A stretch of DNA of 64,000 nt, taken from positions 192,001 through 256,000 of the forward strand of contig JBGPGO010000001.1 in assembly GCA_041483895.1 (NCBI GenBank), read 5' to 3'. Below, in pieces: positions 19,322-28,901 of this stretch. The first letter of the stretch is position 1. The number at the start of each line of letters is the position of its first letter. The notes beneath the pieces are model-generated. The model was given only the letters and a program-made list of their open reading frames with translations. It searched no databases and was not told where the DNA came from. The DNA is from Fimbriimonadia bacterium (GTDB taxonomy: Bacteria; Armatimonadota; Fimbriimonadia; Fimbriimonadales; JABRVX01). The position numbers were made by a program, and so were the translations under genes.

Positions 19322-20347
19322 CTACGGGGGCGATTCTTGGACTGCCACTTTGAGGCGGGTCGTGATCGGCAAGCGGTTGCGCAGCACCTTTATCTCAATC
19401 AGGGCGCCCTCGTCCTGATCGAATACTACCGCCGCCAGGTCCGCCGCGCTGCGTATCACCTTGCCACCCGCGGCGATAATCACATCACCCGGAAACAGCC
19501 CCGCCGCCTGGCCCGGTCCGTTGAAAGCGATACGCCCGACAACCGCACCCTGCGCATTGGCAGCGGATTGGCATTCCACCCCGATCCACCGATGCCGAAC
19601 CTTGAACGGCTCCTTCGAGAACCCATCGGCGACCCTAGCGACCAACTTGCCGCTCAGCGCAAACCAGGTCGCCTGTGGCCGATTGATAATCACGGTACCG
19701 GCCGTCTCCTGGGCGCGCACCATCCCCGCAAACTTTCCATCCATCGTAAAGATCGCCGCGCCACCCAGCCCTGTCGCCAATTCCTGTACGTGAAATTCGA
19801 CCAACGGCAGATATTGACGGGTCGCGGAATCAATCCCGACCGCCACCGATCCGGTGAACACAGCCTCCATCGGCTTGCGGCCCTGTGCGATGACCGCCGC
19901 CTTTTGTCCGGGCGCAATCCGAAGCTCGTCAATCGGTTCCACAGCGGCCAGCCTCGCATCCGGCGGCAAGGCCAATTGGATGGCGGCGAGCCCCGTGCGC
20001 GGGTCGATATTGACCAATCGAGCGGCGACGGCGGCGCCATCGTGCAGAACTACGGCAATAGTCGCCTGGGAAACATAGTTCGGAATCACCTGCCCTGACG
20101 AAGTGCGGGTCGCCAGGCCGTTGGAAAACGCTTCGGCTGGGACGAGCGCCATGCCGGTGGCACGAACAACCACGCCGAGAGCGACCCGATGGGTCTGCTC
20201 TACCCGGATGCTGATAACGGTCCGGCTAAGCTTGGCTATTTGCGCGGGGGTAAGCGCTGGGCCACCTTGATCGGGGTCCGTGTCAAACGCCATGCAGCGC
20301 GCGAGCGCGAGGCAGCAGCTAAGTATCGATAACGACTTCAGAGTCAT
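19322..20347 (-). CDS. HtrA/S1C-like trypsin-fold + PDZ protein, catalytic triad apparently lost
   Basis: Signal peptide, trypsin-like layout and PDZ (WIGV..GPGQAAGLFPGDVI); triad motifs substituted. Confidence 0.75.
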   Translation of the reverse strand: MTLKSLSILSCCLALARCMAFDTDPDQGGPALTPAQIAKLSRTVISIRVEQTHRVALGVVVRATGMALVPAEAFSNGLATRTSSGQVIPNYVSQATIAVVLHDGAAVAARLVNIDPRTGLAAIQLALPPDARLAAVEPIDELRIAPGQKAAVIAQGRKPMEAVFTGSVAVGIDSATRQYLPLVEFHVQELATGLGGAAIFTMDGKFAGMVRAQETAGTVIINRPQATWFALSGKLVARVADGFSKEPFKVRHRWIGVECQSAANAQGAVVGRIAFNGPGQAAGLFPGDVIIAAGGKVIRSAADLAAVVFDQDEGALIEIKVLRNRLPITTRLKVAVQESPP

Positions 20348-21011
20348 GTTCCTTTATCACCGAGGCGTCCATTTCGCCTGTATGACTGTTGGGCGCAAGC
20401 TCGACCGCAACCGAGCGGCGCGGCTCCCAACTGAAGGTGTCCTGACCGTTCATCGGCTCGGACGGATTTTCTTCCCGATTGACTGCCAATTCGGTTCTTG
20501 GTCTCACGCGCTTTCGGACGACCGAGGCAGAAATCTTTGCAGCCGGCTTCTTCACTTTCACCGTGGTTTCCGTGCGGGCTCCATTACCCGGCATTGGAGT
20601 GGGTGATTTGATCACATTGCCAGTCCCTGGACTCACCGCCACAGCGATGGGTTTTTCGGTCTGGGAACCCGATCCGGTCAGCCAGGAATATCCATAGAAG
20701 AGACAGCCGAGGAGTAAGACGGTCGCGCCTGAAGCCAATAGGATAGGCCGCAGCGTCTGAAGGAACGGCCTCCGCCGCAATTGACGCCGTTCGATGCGGG
20801 CCCGCACCGACGACCAGCTTGGCATGTTGCTTGGGGCCGGTCGGCTCGTGGCAGCTTCGCCGGACCAGGATCGCAGCGCCGAGTAGGTGGCGACTTCCCG
20901 CGAACAGTCCGCGCAGGCGTTCAAATGCTCTTGGCACCGCGTCCGGGAGGCGCCGTCCAGCTCGCCGTAGGCGTAAGAGGCCAACTGTTTCTTCCAAATC
21001 CTACATGACAT
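20319..21011 (-). CDS. Zinc-finger anti-sigma factor
   Basis: C..YAYGELD..HLNACADC, TM helix; follows the ECF sigma. Confidence 0.8.
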   Translation of the reverse strand: MSCRIWKKQLASYAYGELDGASRTRCQEHLNACADCSREVATYSALRSWSGEAATSRPAPSNMPSWSSVRARIERRQLRRRPFLQTLRPILLASGATVLLLGCLFYGYSWLTGSGSQTEKPIAVAVSPGTGNVIKSPTPMPGNGARTETTVKVKKPAAKISASVVRKRVRPRTELAVNREENPSEPMNGQDTFSWEPRRSVAVELAPNSHTGEMDASVIKEHDSEVVIDT

Positions 21012-21666
21012 AATCGCCTTCTCCTTCCAGAAGCGGCCGCAGCCGGTCCCGCAGCGCCCGCCGGGCCCGCAGCACCCGAAGCTTGGCTCCGCCGTATGTG
21101 CAGCCGATGATGGCGGATATCTCGTCGTATTCTCGTTCTTCAAAATCTCTTAGCACTATCATGAGCTTATGGTGTTCGGGCAGTGCGTTCAGAGCCCGTC
21201 GGACCGTGTTCGCTCGGCGCTCCAATTCCATGTTCTCGACCGGGTCCTCGGTGGCCTCGCCGGTCATCCAGATCAGCCCGTCGGCGGCCTCTTTGTCTTC
21301 TAGGGCGGTCCGCCGAACCTTCATGCGCGCCCGGTCGGTGCATAGGTTGACCGCGATGCGCATCAGCCAGGTCGTGAACCGGCACTCCGCGCGAAAATTG
21401 TCAAGTTTCTCGAACGCCCGGACAAAACACTCTTGGGTAATGTCCTCGGTATCGTCCCGGCTGCCGGCCATTTGAGATATGAAGCGATATACCATCATCC
21501 GGTGCCGCTCGAACAGCGTCTCGAAGGCGCTGACATCCCCGGCCATTGCCTGCAAGACAAGTGCCTCATCCGCCCCGGACCAAGCAAGATCACCGGGCGG
21601 CGTGCCGAGAGCTACGGCGTGTGCATCCATATCTGGCTTTGGGCTCGGAAGCCTCTCTGGTTTCAT
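21001..21666 (-). CDS. ECF RNA polymerase sigma factor (RpoE/SigW-like)
   Basis: GDVSAFETL, EDITQECF, FTTWLMRIAVN, LP..LRDFEEREYDEIS. Confidence 0.92.
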   Translation of the reverse strand: MKPERLPSPKPDMDAHAVALGTPPGDLAWSGADEALVLQAMAGDVSAFETLFERHRMMVYRFISQMAGSRDDTEDITQECFVRAFEKLDNFRAECRFTTWLMRIAVNLCTDRARMKVRRTALEDKEAADGLIWMTGEATEDPVENMELERRANTVRRALNALPEHHKLMIVLRDFEEREYDEISAIIGCTYGGAKLRVLRARRALRDRLRPLLEGEGDYVM

Positions 21667-21800
21667 TGACGCCTATCCACCGATTTGGGTACTGACAAAT
21701 CGCTCCCCATTCCATCTTTGGTGCAATCTACCTAGCCGTAAGACGGAATTGTGGGCGATTTCGTTTGCCGTTTGTCTCGTTCCCAGGATTTTTGCGGGCG

Positions 21801-22994
21801 TCAGCCGCGGCCCGGCTTGCCGGTCCGCCTCGTTTTCAGCAGCGGGACGAGGGCGGCAAGGATGACCCAACCGGCCGGCTCCGGGACGGGCGTGGAGAGG
21901 TAGTAGTAGGTTTGGTTGTTGTACTTGGCCGACCAAAGCACCTGTCCGTTTTGGTTGATGTCGAAGGCGGCTATGTAGCTGTAGGGCTGAGAACCGAGCG
22001 CATCTACACCGAGGTCCAGACCGTTAACGTATATGTGATTTCTTCTGTCAATGGTGCTGTACCCGCTCCACAGTACGTCCCCTCGATCATTCAGGTTGAT
22101 GCCCTTGCTGCCGATATTCGTGGTACCGACGACGGGGGTGCTGATGTCTTTGCCATCAAGCATGACAACGAAGTCACTGGTAGTCCTCAAGTAGTACCAA
22201 AGCACTTGATCGTGATTGTTGACGGCCTGCGGCTCGGATCCCTCATCTCTGCCAAGGTACTTGAGCGTAATGTCCGTCGTGTTGAAGAAGGCATGCCCGA
22301 ACTGAGGCGTTCCCCCCTGCCACACAACGTTACCCAGGTTGTTGATATCCTTCGCATAATACTCGGCTTGGGGTCCGAGCATATCATTCGTGATGTTCGT
22401 CCGATCGACATATATCTGGGTTCTTCCGTTTGAGAAATCCTGGTGTTGCCACAACACTTGGCCGAGGTCGTTGATGGCGCCGGCCCCCGCGCCATCCAGC
22501 AATTGGCTGTAATAGTCGTAGTTATAGTTCGTGGTTCCTTTGAACACGTACTGGGTGGAGCACTGATCGATGATCCCCCCGCATCCCTCCCACAAGGCGT
22601 CGCCCTGCTGGTTGAGTTGGAAGGCCCGCACCAGCGTCGCGCCGGAAAAGACCTGGTTGGTAAGGTTCGTGGAGTTCAGCCAGACTTTGTTGCGACCATC
22701 TGCCTTCCAATAGCCCTGCCAGAGCAGATCGCCTTTGTCATTGATGCCGAATGCTTGCGGAGACTCGACATTCGAGAATTGCGATGTGTAGTTGACCCCA
22801 TTCAGGTACAAATCTGTCTTACCATTGACTACAGCGGAAAGGAACACATCGCCCTTATTATTAAGGGCGGAATAGCCGCCGAACTGGGCGTCCGCGACGA
22901 ACACCAGGTCATGCCGGTACTGCTGGGCTGGTCCCTGTATGAAGGCACCGAGGCACAGGGACGCGGACCAGCCCAATCTCTTCCATTCTCCCAT
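21801..22994 (-). CDS. PEP-CTERM surface protein with (I/L)NxxGxVxW repeats
   Basis: About 9 repeats; C-terminal TPVPEP + hydrophobic helix + basic tail; start trimmed to MGEWKR. Confidence 0.8.
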   Translation of the reverse strand: MGEWKRLGWSASLCLGAFIQGPAQQYRHDLVFVADAQFGGYSALNNKGDVFLSAVVNGKTDLYLNGVNYTSQFSNVESPQAFGINDKGDLLWQGYWKADGRNKVWLNSTNLTNQVFSGATLVRAFQLNQQGDALWEGCGGIIDQCSTQYVFKGTTNYNYDYYSQLLDGAGAGAINDLGQVLWQHQDFSNGRTQIYVDRTNITNDMLGPQAEYYAKDINNLGNVVWQGGTPQFGHAFFNTTDITLKYLGRDEGSEPQAVNNHDQVLWYYLRTTSDFVVMLDGKDISTPVVGTTNIGSKGINLNDRGDVLWSGYSTIDRRNHIYVNGLDLGVDALGSQPYSYIAAFDINQNGQVLWSAKYNNQTYYYLSTPVPEPAGWVILAALVPLLKTRRTGKPGRG

Positions 22995-23228
22995 CCAGGT
23001 TCCCCTTTTACAATATATTCTAGTATCCGCCGCCGAAGGCGGTAAAAAGCTCGACCTCGTGGCCAAATTGGGCCGTGTTTTGCCAGCCCCCCAACATTTT
23101 ATACTCCATGATCCAGCCTTTCGCCAGGAAATAATGCTTAAAGAAGAATATGGGATCGCCCATGAGGGGATCAACGGAGCACCAGTCCCGTCCCAATACG
23201 GTGGATAGGGGTGCGGTGGCAGATTTGG

Positions 23229-23262
23229 ATCCCTCAATAATCACATTATTGAGGGTCTTTGG
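23229..23262 (+). repeat. Dispersed palindromic element, copy A
   Basis: AT-CCCTCAATAAT-CAC-ATTATTGAGGG-TCTTTGG. Confidence 0.7.
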
Positions 23263-23360
23263 CGACCACGCGCCTAACCTGCAGCAAAGCTCTTCATTGT
23301 ACGATCACCAACGAAATCATGTCCTATCAACGTACAGAAGACCTGTTGATGCATGGAAAC

Positions 23361-23396
23361 AAAAAGAAAAGAGGGGTGGCGTCTGGTGGCCACCCC
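23361..23396 (-). terminator. Rho-independent terminator
   Basis: GGGGTGGC/GCCACCCC stem followed by TCTTTTCTTTTT on the minus strand. Confidence 0.7.
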
Positions 23397-23417
23397 GAAT
23401 GTCTCAGCTAGTAGGTT

Positions 23418-25124
23418 TTAGTTCCAGAGAAGGGAATTAATCATCTCAATCAGTAAGCATCCGATCGGCTCCTCATCACTGTCGATCAGGTAGTCGCTAA
23501 TGAAGCGGGCATCATAGTTGCCCTTTCCATCCTTGGCATCTCGCAGCACGCTGAAGTCGATTGCGCAGAAGGCAACCACGAATTCGAACTCCAGCAGCGC
23601 CGTGAGGTTGTCCGGTTCATCCAAGGCTGTCAGCAGCGCGTCGCGGCATTCCGAAGTGATCTTGCACTTCTGCGTCACGCCGGCGGCGACTGTTCCGAAG
23701 TAATCGATGTTGCACCGAATGTCATCCCGATTCTCGACCACAACCGTCCAGCATAGCTCGACGGTCTTGGGCGCGGAGATTCGGCCATTCTTCAGACGGG
23801 TCGTGTAGGTGACCTTGAGGCGGTAGGTCGTCCCTGGAGGCGAGAACAGCAGGCATCGGTCGCCCAGACACGGGCCGTCATCCATCTTGAACGCCACATT
23901 GCAGACGGATCGGTCCAGGTAGCTGCTGTTCGCATAGATTTTGCCGGTTGTGAAATTGGTGTTTCGTCCGCTGCCGGGTCCAGTGACAAAGGCCAGGCAC
24001 TTGTAGAACGGAGTCACTTTGGAAACTTCAACGGCCTGGACGAGCAGATTGTTGTCGACTCTCACGTTGTTCGCGTCGAGCACGTTGCGGATGGTGAAAC
24101 CGTCGACATTGATGGTCTGCGGCCGGTACAGCCGTTTGGGGGACTTGGTGAACGGATCCGTCGCTTCGTCTCCACAGATCAGGTTCTTGAGCGGCGTGCA
24201 TCCTTCGATGATCTGCCCGTTGCGAAGAATGAGCGTCGAAAAGTAAGAGTTGGTATGCCCGCAGTTGTCGGACACTTTGAACTCCACCAGGTGCGGACCG
24301 TCCGGGTAGCCCAAAGTATCCCAGTTGGCGGCGATCGCGTCGCTCGTGCCGGATTTCGGACTCAGACCCAAAGTCTGACCGTCAATGTTGAGCGACCAGT
24401 CCACGATCTGGGCATTCGACACCAGCGCGCTGATGGGCACGATGCCAAGAACGATGCTTCCCGATATAGGAAGAATGTTCTGCAATGTCGGAGAATCGTT
24501 GTCCACGAAAACCGTGATGATTGACGACGCGCTCGAGTTGTTGCACAGGTCCCCGGCTTTGATCTGAATCGTATGATTCGAGTTGTTGGGCAGACCTGTC
24601 GTGTCCCATTGCGCGCCGACATTCGGCCCCGAGCCCGTAAATCGTTTAACGCCGTCGATCCAGATGGACCAGTCCCCCGGCCCGGAGAACGCGTCCGAGA
24701 CCGTACCAACAATGGAGACGATCCCGTTGACGCAGCCGCCGTCCTTCGGGTTGGTTATCTGCTCGCTTGGTGGCGTATTGTCCACGCCGAGGGTAAGAGT
24801 CGCGGTCGCGGAGCCTCCCGAGCCTGCCACTTTGAGCGTCAACGTGTGCCAGCCATCCGGCACTCCGAGCCCGATTGGGTCGTAGCCGATGGAGATCAGA
24901 GATGGCGGCGCCCCGGCGTAGATGGTATCGAAAATCTTGTGGTTGAGCTCGTCCGTCACTGTCACATGCAGGGGAAGCGGTCCGCCGACCTTGAAGTCGA
25001 TTTGTGCAAAAGAGTTGAAGCAGGTCCCGTCCGGCGGAGAGACGAACTGGGCCGTGTATTGCCCGAACGAACTCGCAGCAACGGATATGGTCAGCCAGGT
25101 CAGAATTCTACGCAATGAGCACAT
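23418..25124 (-). CDS. Secreted protein with three bacterial Ig-like domains and a Cys-rich C-terminal domain
   Basis: AAGGAG RBS, signal peptide, repeats PDG..WDTTG..DG.H....VDN. Confidence 0.7.
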   Translation of the reverse strand: MCSLRRILTWLTISVAASSFGQYTAQFVSPPDGTCFNSFAQIDFKVGGPLPLHVTVTDELNHKIFDTIYAGAPPSLISIGYDPIGLGVPDGWHTLTLKVAGSGGSATATLTLGVDNTPPSEQITNPKDGGCVNGIVSIVGTVSDAFSGPGDWSIWIDGVKRFTGSGPNVGAQWDTTGLPNNSNHTIQIKAGDLCNNSSASSIITVFVDNDSPTLQNILPISGSIVLGIVPISALVSNAQIVDWSLNIDGQTLGLSPKSGTSDAIAANWDTLGYPDGPHLVEFKVSDNCGHTNSYFSTLILRNGQIIEGCTPLKNLICGDEATDPFTKSPKRLYRPQTINVDGFTIRNVLDANNVRVDNNLLVQAVEVSKVTPFYKCLAFVTGPGSGRNTNFTTGKIYANSSYLDRSVCNVAFKMDDGPCLGDRCLLFSPPGTTYRLKVTYTTRLKNGRISAPKTVELCWTVVVENRDDIRCNIDYFGTVAAGVTQKCKITSECRDALLTALDEPDNLTALLEFEFVVAFCAIDFSVLRDAKDGKGNYDARFISDYLIDSDEEPIGCLLIEMINSLLWN

Positions 25125-25287
25125 CTCTGTCTCCTTCGAATGCAATAACAAACCCAGAATGGGCAAACAATGAAGCGGTCTTTTGGCCGTTTTGTGCAGT
25201 GTAACGCCGAACTGACCGTCTGCAACTGCCATAGCTACTGGGAACTGTCCGCTCGGCGGAAAAACCGTTATGGCTGCTTGCCGGGAG

Positions 25288-26463
25288 TTATTGTGGCAAG
25301 CAAATCGCTAAGAACGAGGTCCCTGTGGGTGAGGAGACTTGGAAGGCATCCGCGATCGTGGCCCCGATGTCCGCCATGGTTGTTCTGACGCCTAGATCTT
25401 TACCCGCCTTCAGCGATGGTGAATAGGCGAGGAGAGGGGTGTATTCTCGGCTGTGGTCGGTACTCGGCGTGGTCGGATCGTTGCCATGATCGGCGGTGAT
25501 GATCAGTAGATCGGCGGGGCGAAGATACCCCATGATTGTGCCCAGCATATCGTCGAACTGTCGCAGGCAATCGGCAAAGCCGAGCGGATCGTTCCTATGA
25601 CCATAAAGCATGTCGAAGTCCTCAAAGTTGGCGAAGATGAACTGCCAATCGCCGGCCATCGCCTTCTTGAGCTCTTTGAAATGCTCCTGATTGTCCTGCG
25701 TCCGCTTGCCGCCCGAAAACCCGCGCATCGAAAACACCTCGCATATCACGCCCACCGCATAGGAGCGGATGCCTTTTGCCGCCAGATTGTCGAGCACGTT
25801 GGGTGGCGCCGCCAGTGGGTAATCGCGCCGGTTCTCCGTTCGCTTGAAGGTGTCGGCTGATTCGCCGATAAAAGGGCGGGCGATGACACGGGCGACATTG
25901 TTTGGGGCCGTAAGCTGCTTTCGGGCAATCGCGCACACGTCGTAAAGTTGCTGTAGTCCGAAGTGCTCTTCATGGGCAGCGACTTGGAAGACACTGTCCG
26001 CGCTCGTATAGACGATGGGACATCCCGTCCGAAGATGCTCCTCACCCAGTTGCTTGATGATCTCCGTGCCGGATGCGGGGACATTTCCCAGCGCCTGGCA
26101 TCCGACAGCCGCCTCGAACGGTTCGATGACCTCTAGCGGAAAGCCGTGGGGATAGGTCGGGAATGCAACTTCGGTGTGGATCCCCATCATCTCCCAATGA
26201 CCTGTTACCGTGTCCTTGCCCATCGAGATTTCGCGGCAGCGGCCAAAGCAGCCGGCGGCTTCGACGGGGGGATGGCCCAGGTCCGCGATCTGCCCGAGGC
26301 CGATTTTTTCCAAGTTTGGAAGGATGAGACCGCCGGCGGACTTGGCCACATTAGTGATGGTGTTGCCGCTGTTCTCGCCTATGTCTCCAAACATGGCGGC
26401 ATCCGGGGCCAGTCCTGCCCCGCATCCGTCCATGACGATGAGGATTACCCGTTCGATATTCAC
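25288..26463 (-). CDS. deoB: Phosphopentomutase
   Basis: LIVMDG, GKDTVTGHWE, YTSADSVFQ, RVIARPF, DFDMLYGHRND, TADHGNDPT..DHSRE. Confidence 0.96.
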   Translation of the reverse strand: MNIERVILIVMDGCGAGLAPDAAMFGDIGENSGNTITNVAKSAGGLILPNLEKIGLGQIADLGHPPVEAAGCFGRCREISMGKDTVTGHWEMMGIHTEVAFPTYPHGFPLEVIEPFEAAVGCQALGNVPASGTEIIKQLGEEHLRTGCPIVYTSADSVFQVAAHEEHFGLQQLYDVCAIARKQLTAPNNVARVIARPFIGESADTFKRTENRRDYPLAAPPNVLDNLAAKGIRSYAVGVICEVFSMRGFSGGKRTQDNQEHFKELKKAMAGDWQFIFANFEDFDMLYGHRNDPLGFADCLRQFDDMLGTIMGYLRPADLLIITADHGNDPTTPSTDHSREYTPLLAYSPSLKAGKDLGVRTTMADIGATIADAFQVSSPTGTSFLAICLPQ

Positions 26464-26508
26464 GGTTCTAGCATAGCATGATCGCCAAATAGGCTAGAAT
26501 CTCATCAA

Positions 26509-26697
26509 ATGAAGATACCCGTTGACTTGTCACCGGATCCGGTCATCGAAGCCTATAAGAAAGATGTTGATCGGACTTTGCTACGCGCAAATCTCAAATT
26601 GACTCCTGCAGAACGTTTTCGTAATATGATGAAGTTGCAAGCGTTTGCCGAAGAGCTCCGTCGAGCCGGCCGGGCAGTCAAGAGGAAGCATGACTGA
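26509..26697 (+). CDS. Small putative antitoxin/partner protein
   Basis: YKKDVDRTLLRANLKLTPAER; stop overlaps the nucleotidyltransferase start. Confidence 0.65.
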   Translation: MKIPVDLSPDPVIEAYKKDVDRTLLRANLKLTPAERFRNMMKLQAFAEELRRAGRAVKRKHD

Positions 26698-27169
26698 CTA
26701 CGAAGGATTGCTCGATCTCCTGAACCGACATGATGTCAAGTTCATACTCATTGGTGGCGCGGCGGGAATTGCGCATGGCTCACCGAGACTCACTCTCGAT
26801 GTGGATGTCGTTTATCATCGCACGAACGAGAACATCGTGAAAATCGTTGACGCCCTTGCGAACCACGCCCCGTATCTGCGCGGAGCGCCGCCTGGATTGC
26901 CGTTCCTGTTCGACGCCCAGACCATCAAGAACGGATTGAATTTCACCCTGGAGACGGACTTGGGATGGTTGGATCTGCTTGGCGAGGTTACGGGCGGCGG
27001 ATCCTACGAAGACCTCCTCTCACACACAATTGTCCTCCCGATCTTTAGCAGCAGTTGTCTGTGTCTAGATTTGCCGACTCTAATCGCAACAAAGCGGGCT
27101 GCGGGGCGACCGAAGGACCTGGACGCAATTGCCGAGTTGGAAGCCCTCCGCGAAGAGTCTGATTCTTAG
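26690..27169 (+). CDS. Pol-beta-superfamily nucleotidyltransferase
   Basis: LIGGAA..HG..TLDVDV, LDLL, KRAAGRPKDLD. Confidence 0.75.
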   Translation: MTDYEGLLDLLNRHDVKFILIGGAAGIAHGSPRLTLDVDVVYHRTNENIVKIVDALANHAPYLRGAPPGLPFLFDAQTIKNGLNFTLETDLGWLDLLGEVTGGGSYEDLLSHTIVLPIFSSSCLCLDLPTLIATKRAAGRPKDLDAIAELEALREESDS

Positions 27170-27174
27170 CGCAG

Positions 27175-28623
27175 CTATTCGCCCTGCCCCATCGAATATC
27201 CCGGCTCGCCGTCATATTTGTACAGATTCTCCGTCTCGATGAAATCCACGCCGGCCTCGGCCATGCGGAATAACAGGTCGATAACGTCCCGGTGAGTAAT
27301 GGAAGACTTCGCGGCGGCTGCGAACCGGCAGCGCCAATGGTCCGTGCAGTAGGTTTCCGGCATGCCTTCCGGCCAGACCTTCACCCCGCGATTGCTGACC
27401 ATGGTGAGCTTCAGACTTTCGCCTTGCAACGCCGCCATTCGGCCGGCGAGGTCGTCCGGCGAGATGAAGCGCACGTGAACAAAGACATCCACCCCGACCA
27501 GCTCCTTATGCGCCGGCGGCCGCTCCACCCGTTGCATTTGAAACTTCCGCCGCTCCGTTCGGGCGTACCGGGCGGGGCGAAATCGCAGCGGTTCCTTCCC
27601 CAAACGCGCAACGACTGCCTTCGCGAACCCGTCCGTCCCAACGCGCTCAATGGTATGGGCGTCAGAGGCGACATCCGCCGTATGGATGCCGTCTTCGATC
27701 GTGGTCAGCCAGGCGTTGTGCACCGTCTCGGCCACCTCTGGCTGCCCGACGTGCACCAGCATCATGATCGCGCCATGCAGCAGGCCGGACGGGTTGGCAA
27801 CTCCCGCCCCCGCGATGTCCGGCGCGCTGCCGTGGATCGCCTCGAACATGGCGCACAGTTCGCCAATATTGGCCGAACCAGCCATGCCGACCGATCCCGC
27901 GATCTCCGCCGCCACGTCCGACAAGACGTCCCCGTAAAGGTTCGTGGTCACAATCACATCGAACTGTTCCGGCGCCGCAGCGAGGCGGGCCGTGCCGATG
28001 TCTATGATCTTGTGCTCCTGCATGATGTCGGGGTAGTCGGCGCCGATTTCGTCGAACACCTTGTGGAACAGCCCGTCCGTCATCTTCATGATGTTGTCCT
28101 TGGAGAAGCAGGACAGCTTCTTTCGCTCATGGGCGCGCGCGTACTCGAACGCATATCGGACGATCTTCTCGCAACCGGGGCGAGTGATGATTTTTAGCGC
28201 CTGGTACACCTCATCGGTCCCACGGTATTCGATACCGGCGTACAGGTCCTCTTCGTTCTCGCGGATGATCACCAGGTCCATCCCGGGATGCAGCGTGCGG
28301 ACATACGGGAAGTAAGCGATGCAGGGCCGGACATTGGCGAAAAGACCGAGGGTCTTGCGAATCGTGACGTTGAGGCTCTTGAAGCCGCCGCCCTGAGGCG
28401 TGGTGATGGGGGCTTTCAGGAACACTTTGGTGCGACGAAGCGATTCCCAGGCGGATGGCTCAATCCCGGCGCTGAAGCCGCGCTCGAACACTCGGCGGCC
28501 GATTTCGATTGTCTCCAGCTCGATGCCGGCCTCCGCCGCGTGCAGAATTTCCAGCGTCGCGGTCATGATTTCCGGCCCGATCCCGTCTCCGTAGGCCACC
28601 GTAATCGCCGTCTTATCGGTCAC
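27175..28623 (-). CDS. icd: NADP-dependent isocitrate dehydrogenase
   Basis: GDGIGPEI, KAPITTPQGGGFKSLNV, RENEEDLY, KDNIMK, NLYGD, FEAIHGSAPD; GTG start. Confidence 0.93.
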   Translation of the reverse strand: MTDKTAITVAYGDGIGPEIMTATLEILHAAEAGIELETIEIGRRVFERGFSAGIEPSAWESLRRTKVFLKAPITTPQGGGFKSLNVTIRKTLGLFANVRPCIAYFPYVRTLHPGMDLVIIRENEEDLYAGIEYRGTDEVYQALKIITRPGCEKIVRYAFEYARAHERKKLSCFSKDNIMKMTDGLFHKVFDEIGADYPDIMQEHKIIDIGTARLAAAPEQFDVIVTTNLYGDVLSDVAAEIAGSVGMAGSANIGELCAMFEAIHGSAPDIAGAGVANPSGLLHGAIMMLVHVGQPEVAETVHNAWLTTIEDGIHTADVASDAHTIERVGTDGFAKAVVARLGKEPLRFRPARYARTERRKFQMQRVERPPAHKELVGVDVFVHVRFISPDDLAGRMAALQGESLKLTMVSNRGVKVWPEGMPETYCTDHWRCRFAAAAKSSITHRDVIDLLFRMAEAGVDFIETENLYKYDGEPGYSMGQGE

Positions 28624-28753
28624 TGCGTCCCCCTTTTGCGGTCGGATTCTATCCGACTCACTCCCTCCCTCGCTTGGATTCCGCGGGCCTTGGGTTGTCG
28701 GCATGAGGAGAGTTGCGGCCAAGCGGACCCTCGGCTACAGGGGTTGGGCGGCG

Positions 28754-28869
28754 CCTATCTTAAGGTAAGGCCCGATGCGACCGGTCTCCCGACCGAGTCG
28801 CATCTTCCAAGGAGACGCAAGCTAAAGCTTGCAGCTACCGGAGGGAGCCGGACCGTATCTTAAGGTAAG
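28754..28869. promoter_or_regulatory. Two near-palindromic candidate operators between divergent icd and phhA
   Basis: TATCTTAAGGTAAG at 28756-28769 and 28856-28869; each 16-mer matches the palindrome CTTACCTTAAGGTAAG at 14/16. Confidence 0.6.
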
Positions 28870-28901
28870 CTACTTTCAACGTCTTTCAATGGGGAGGGAC
28901 C

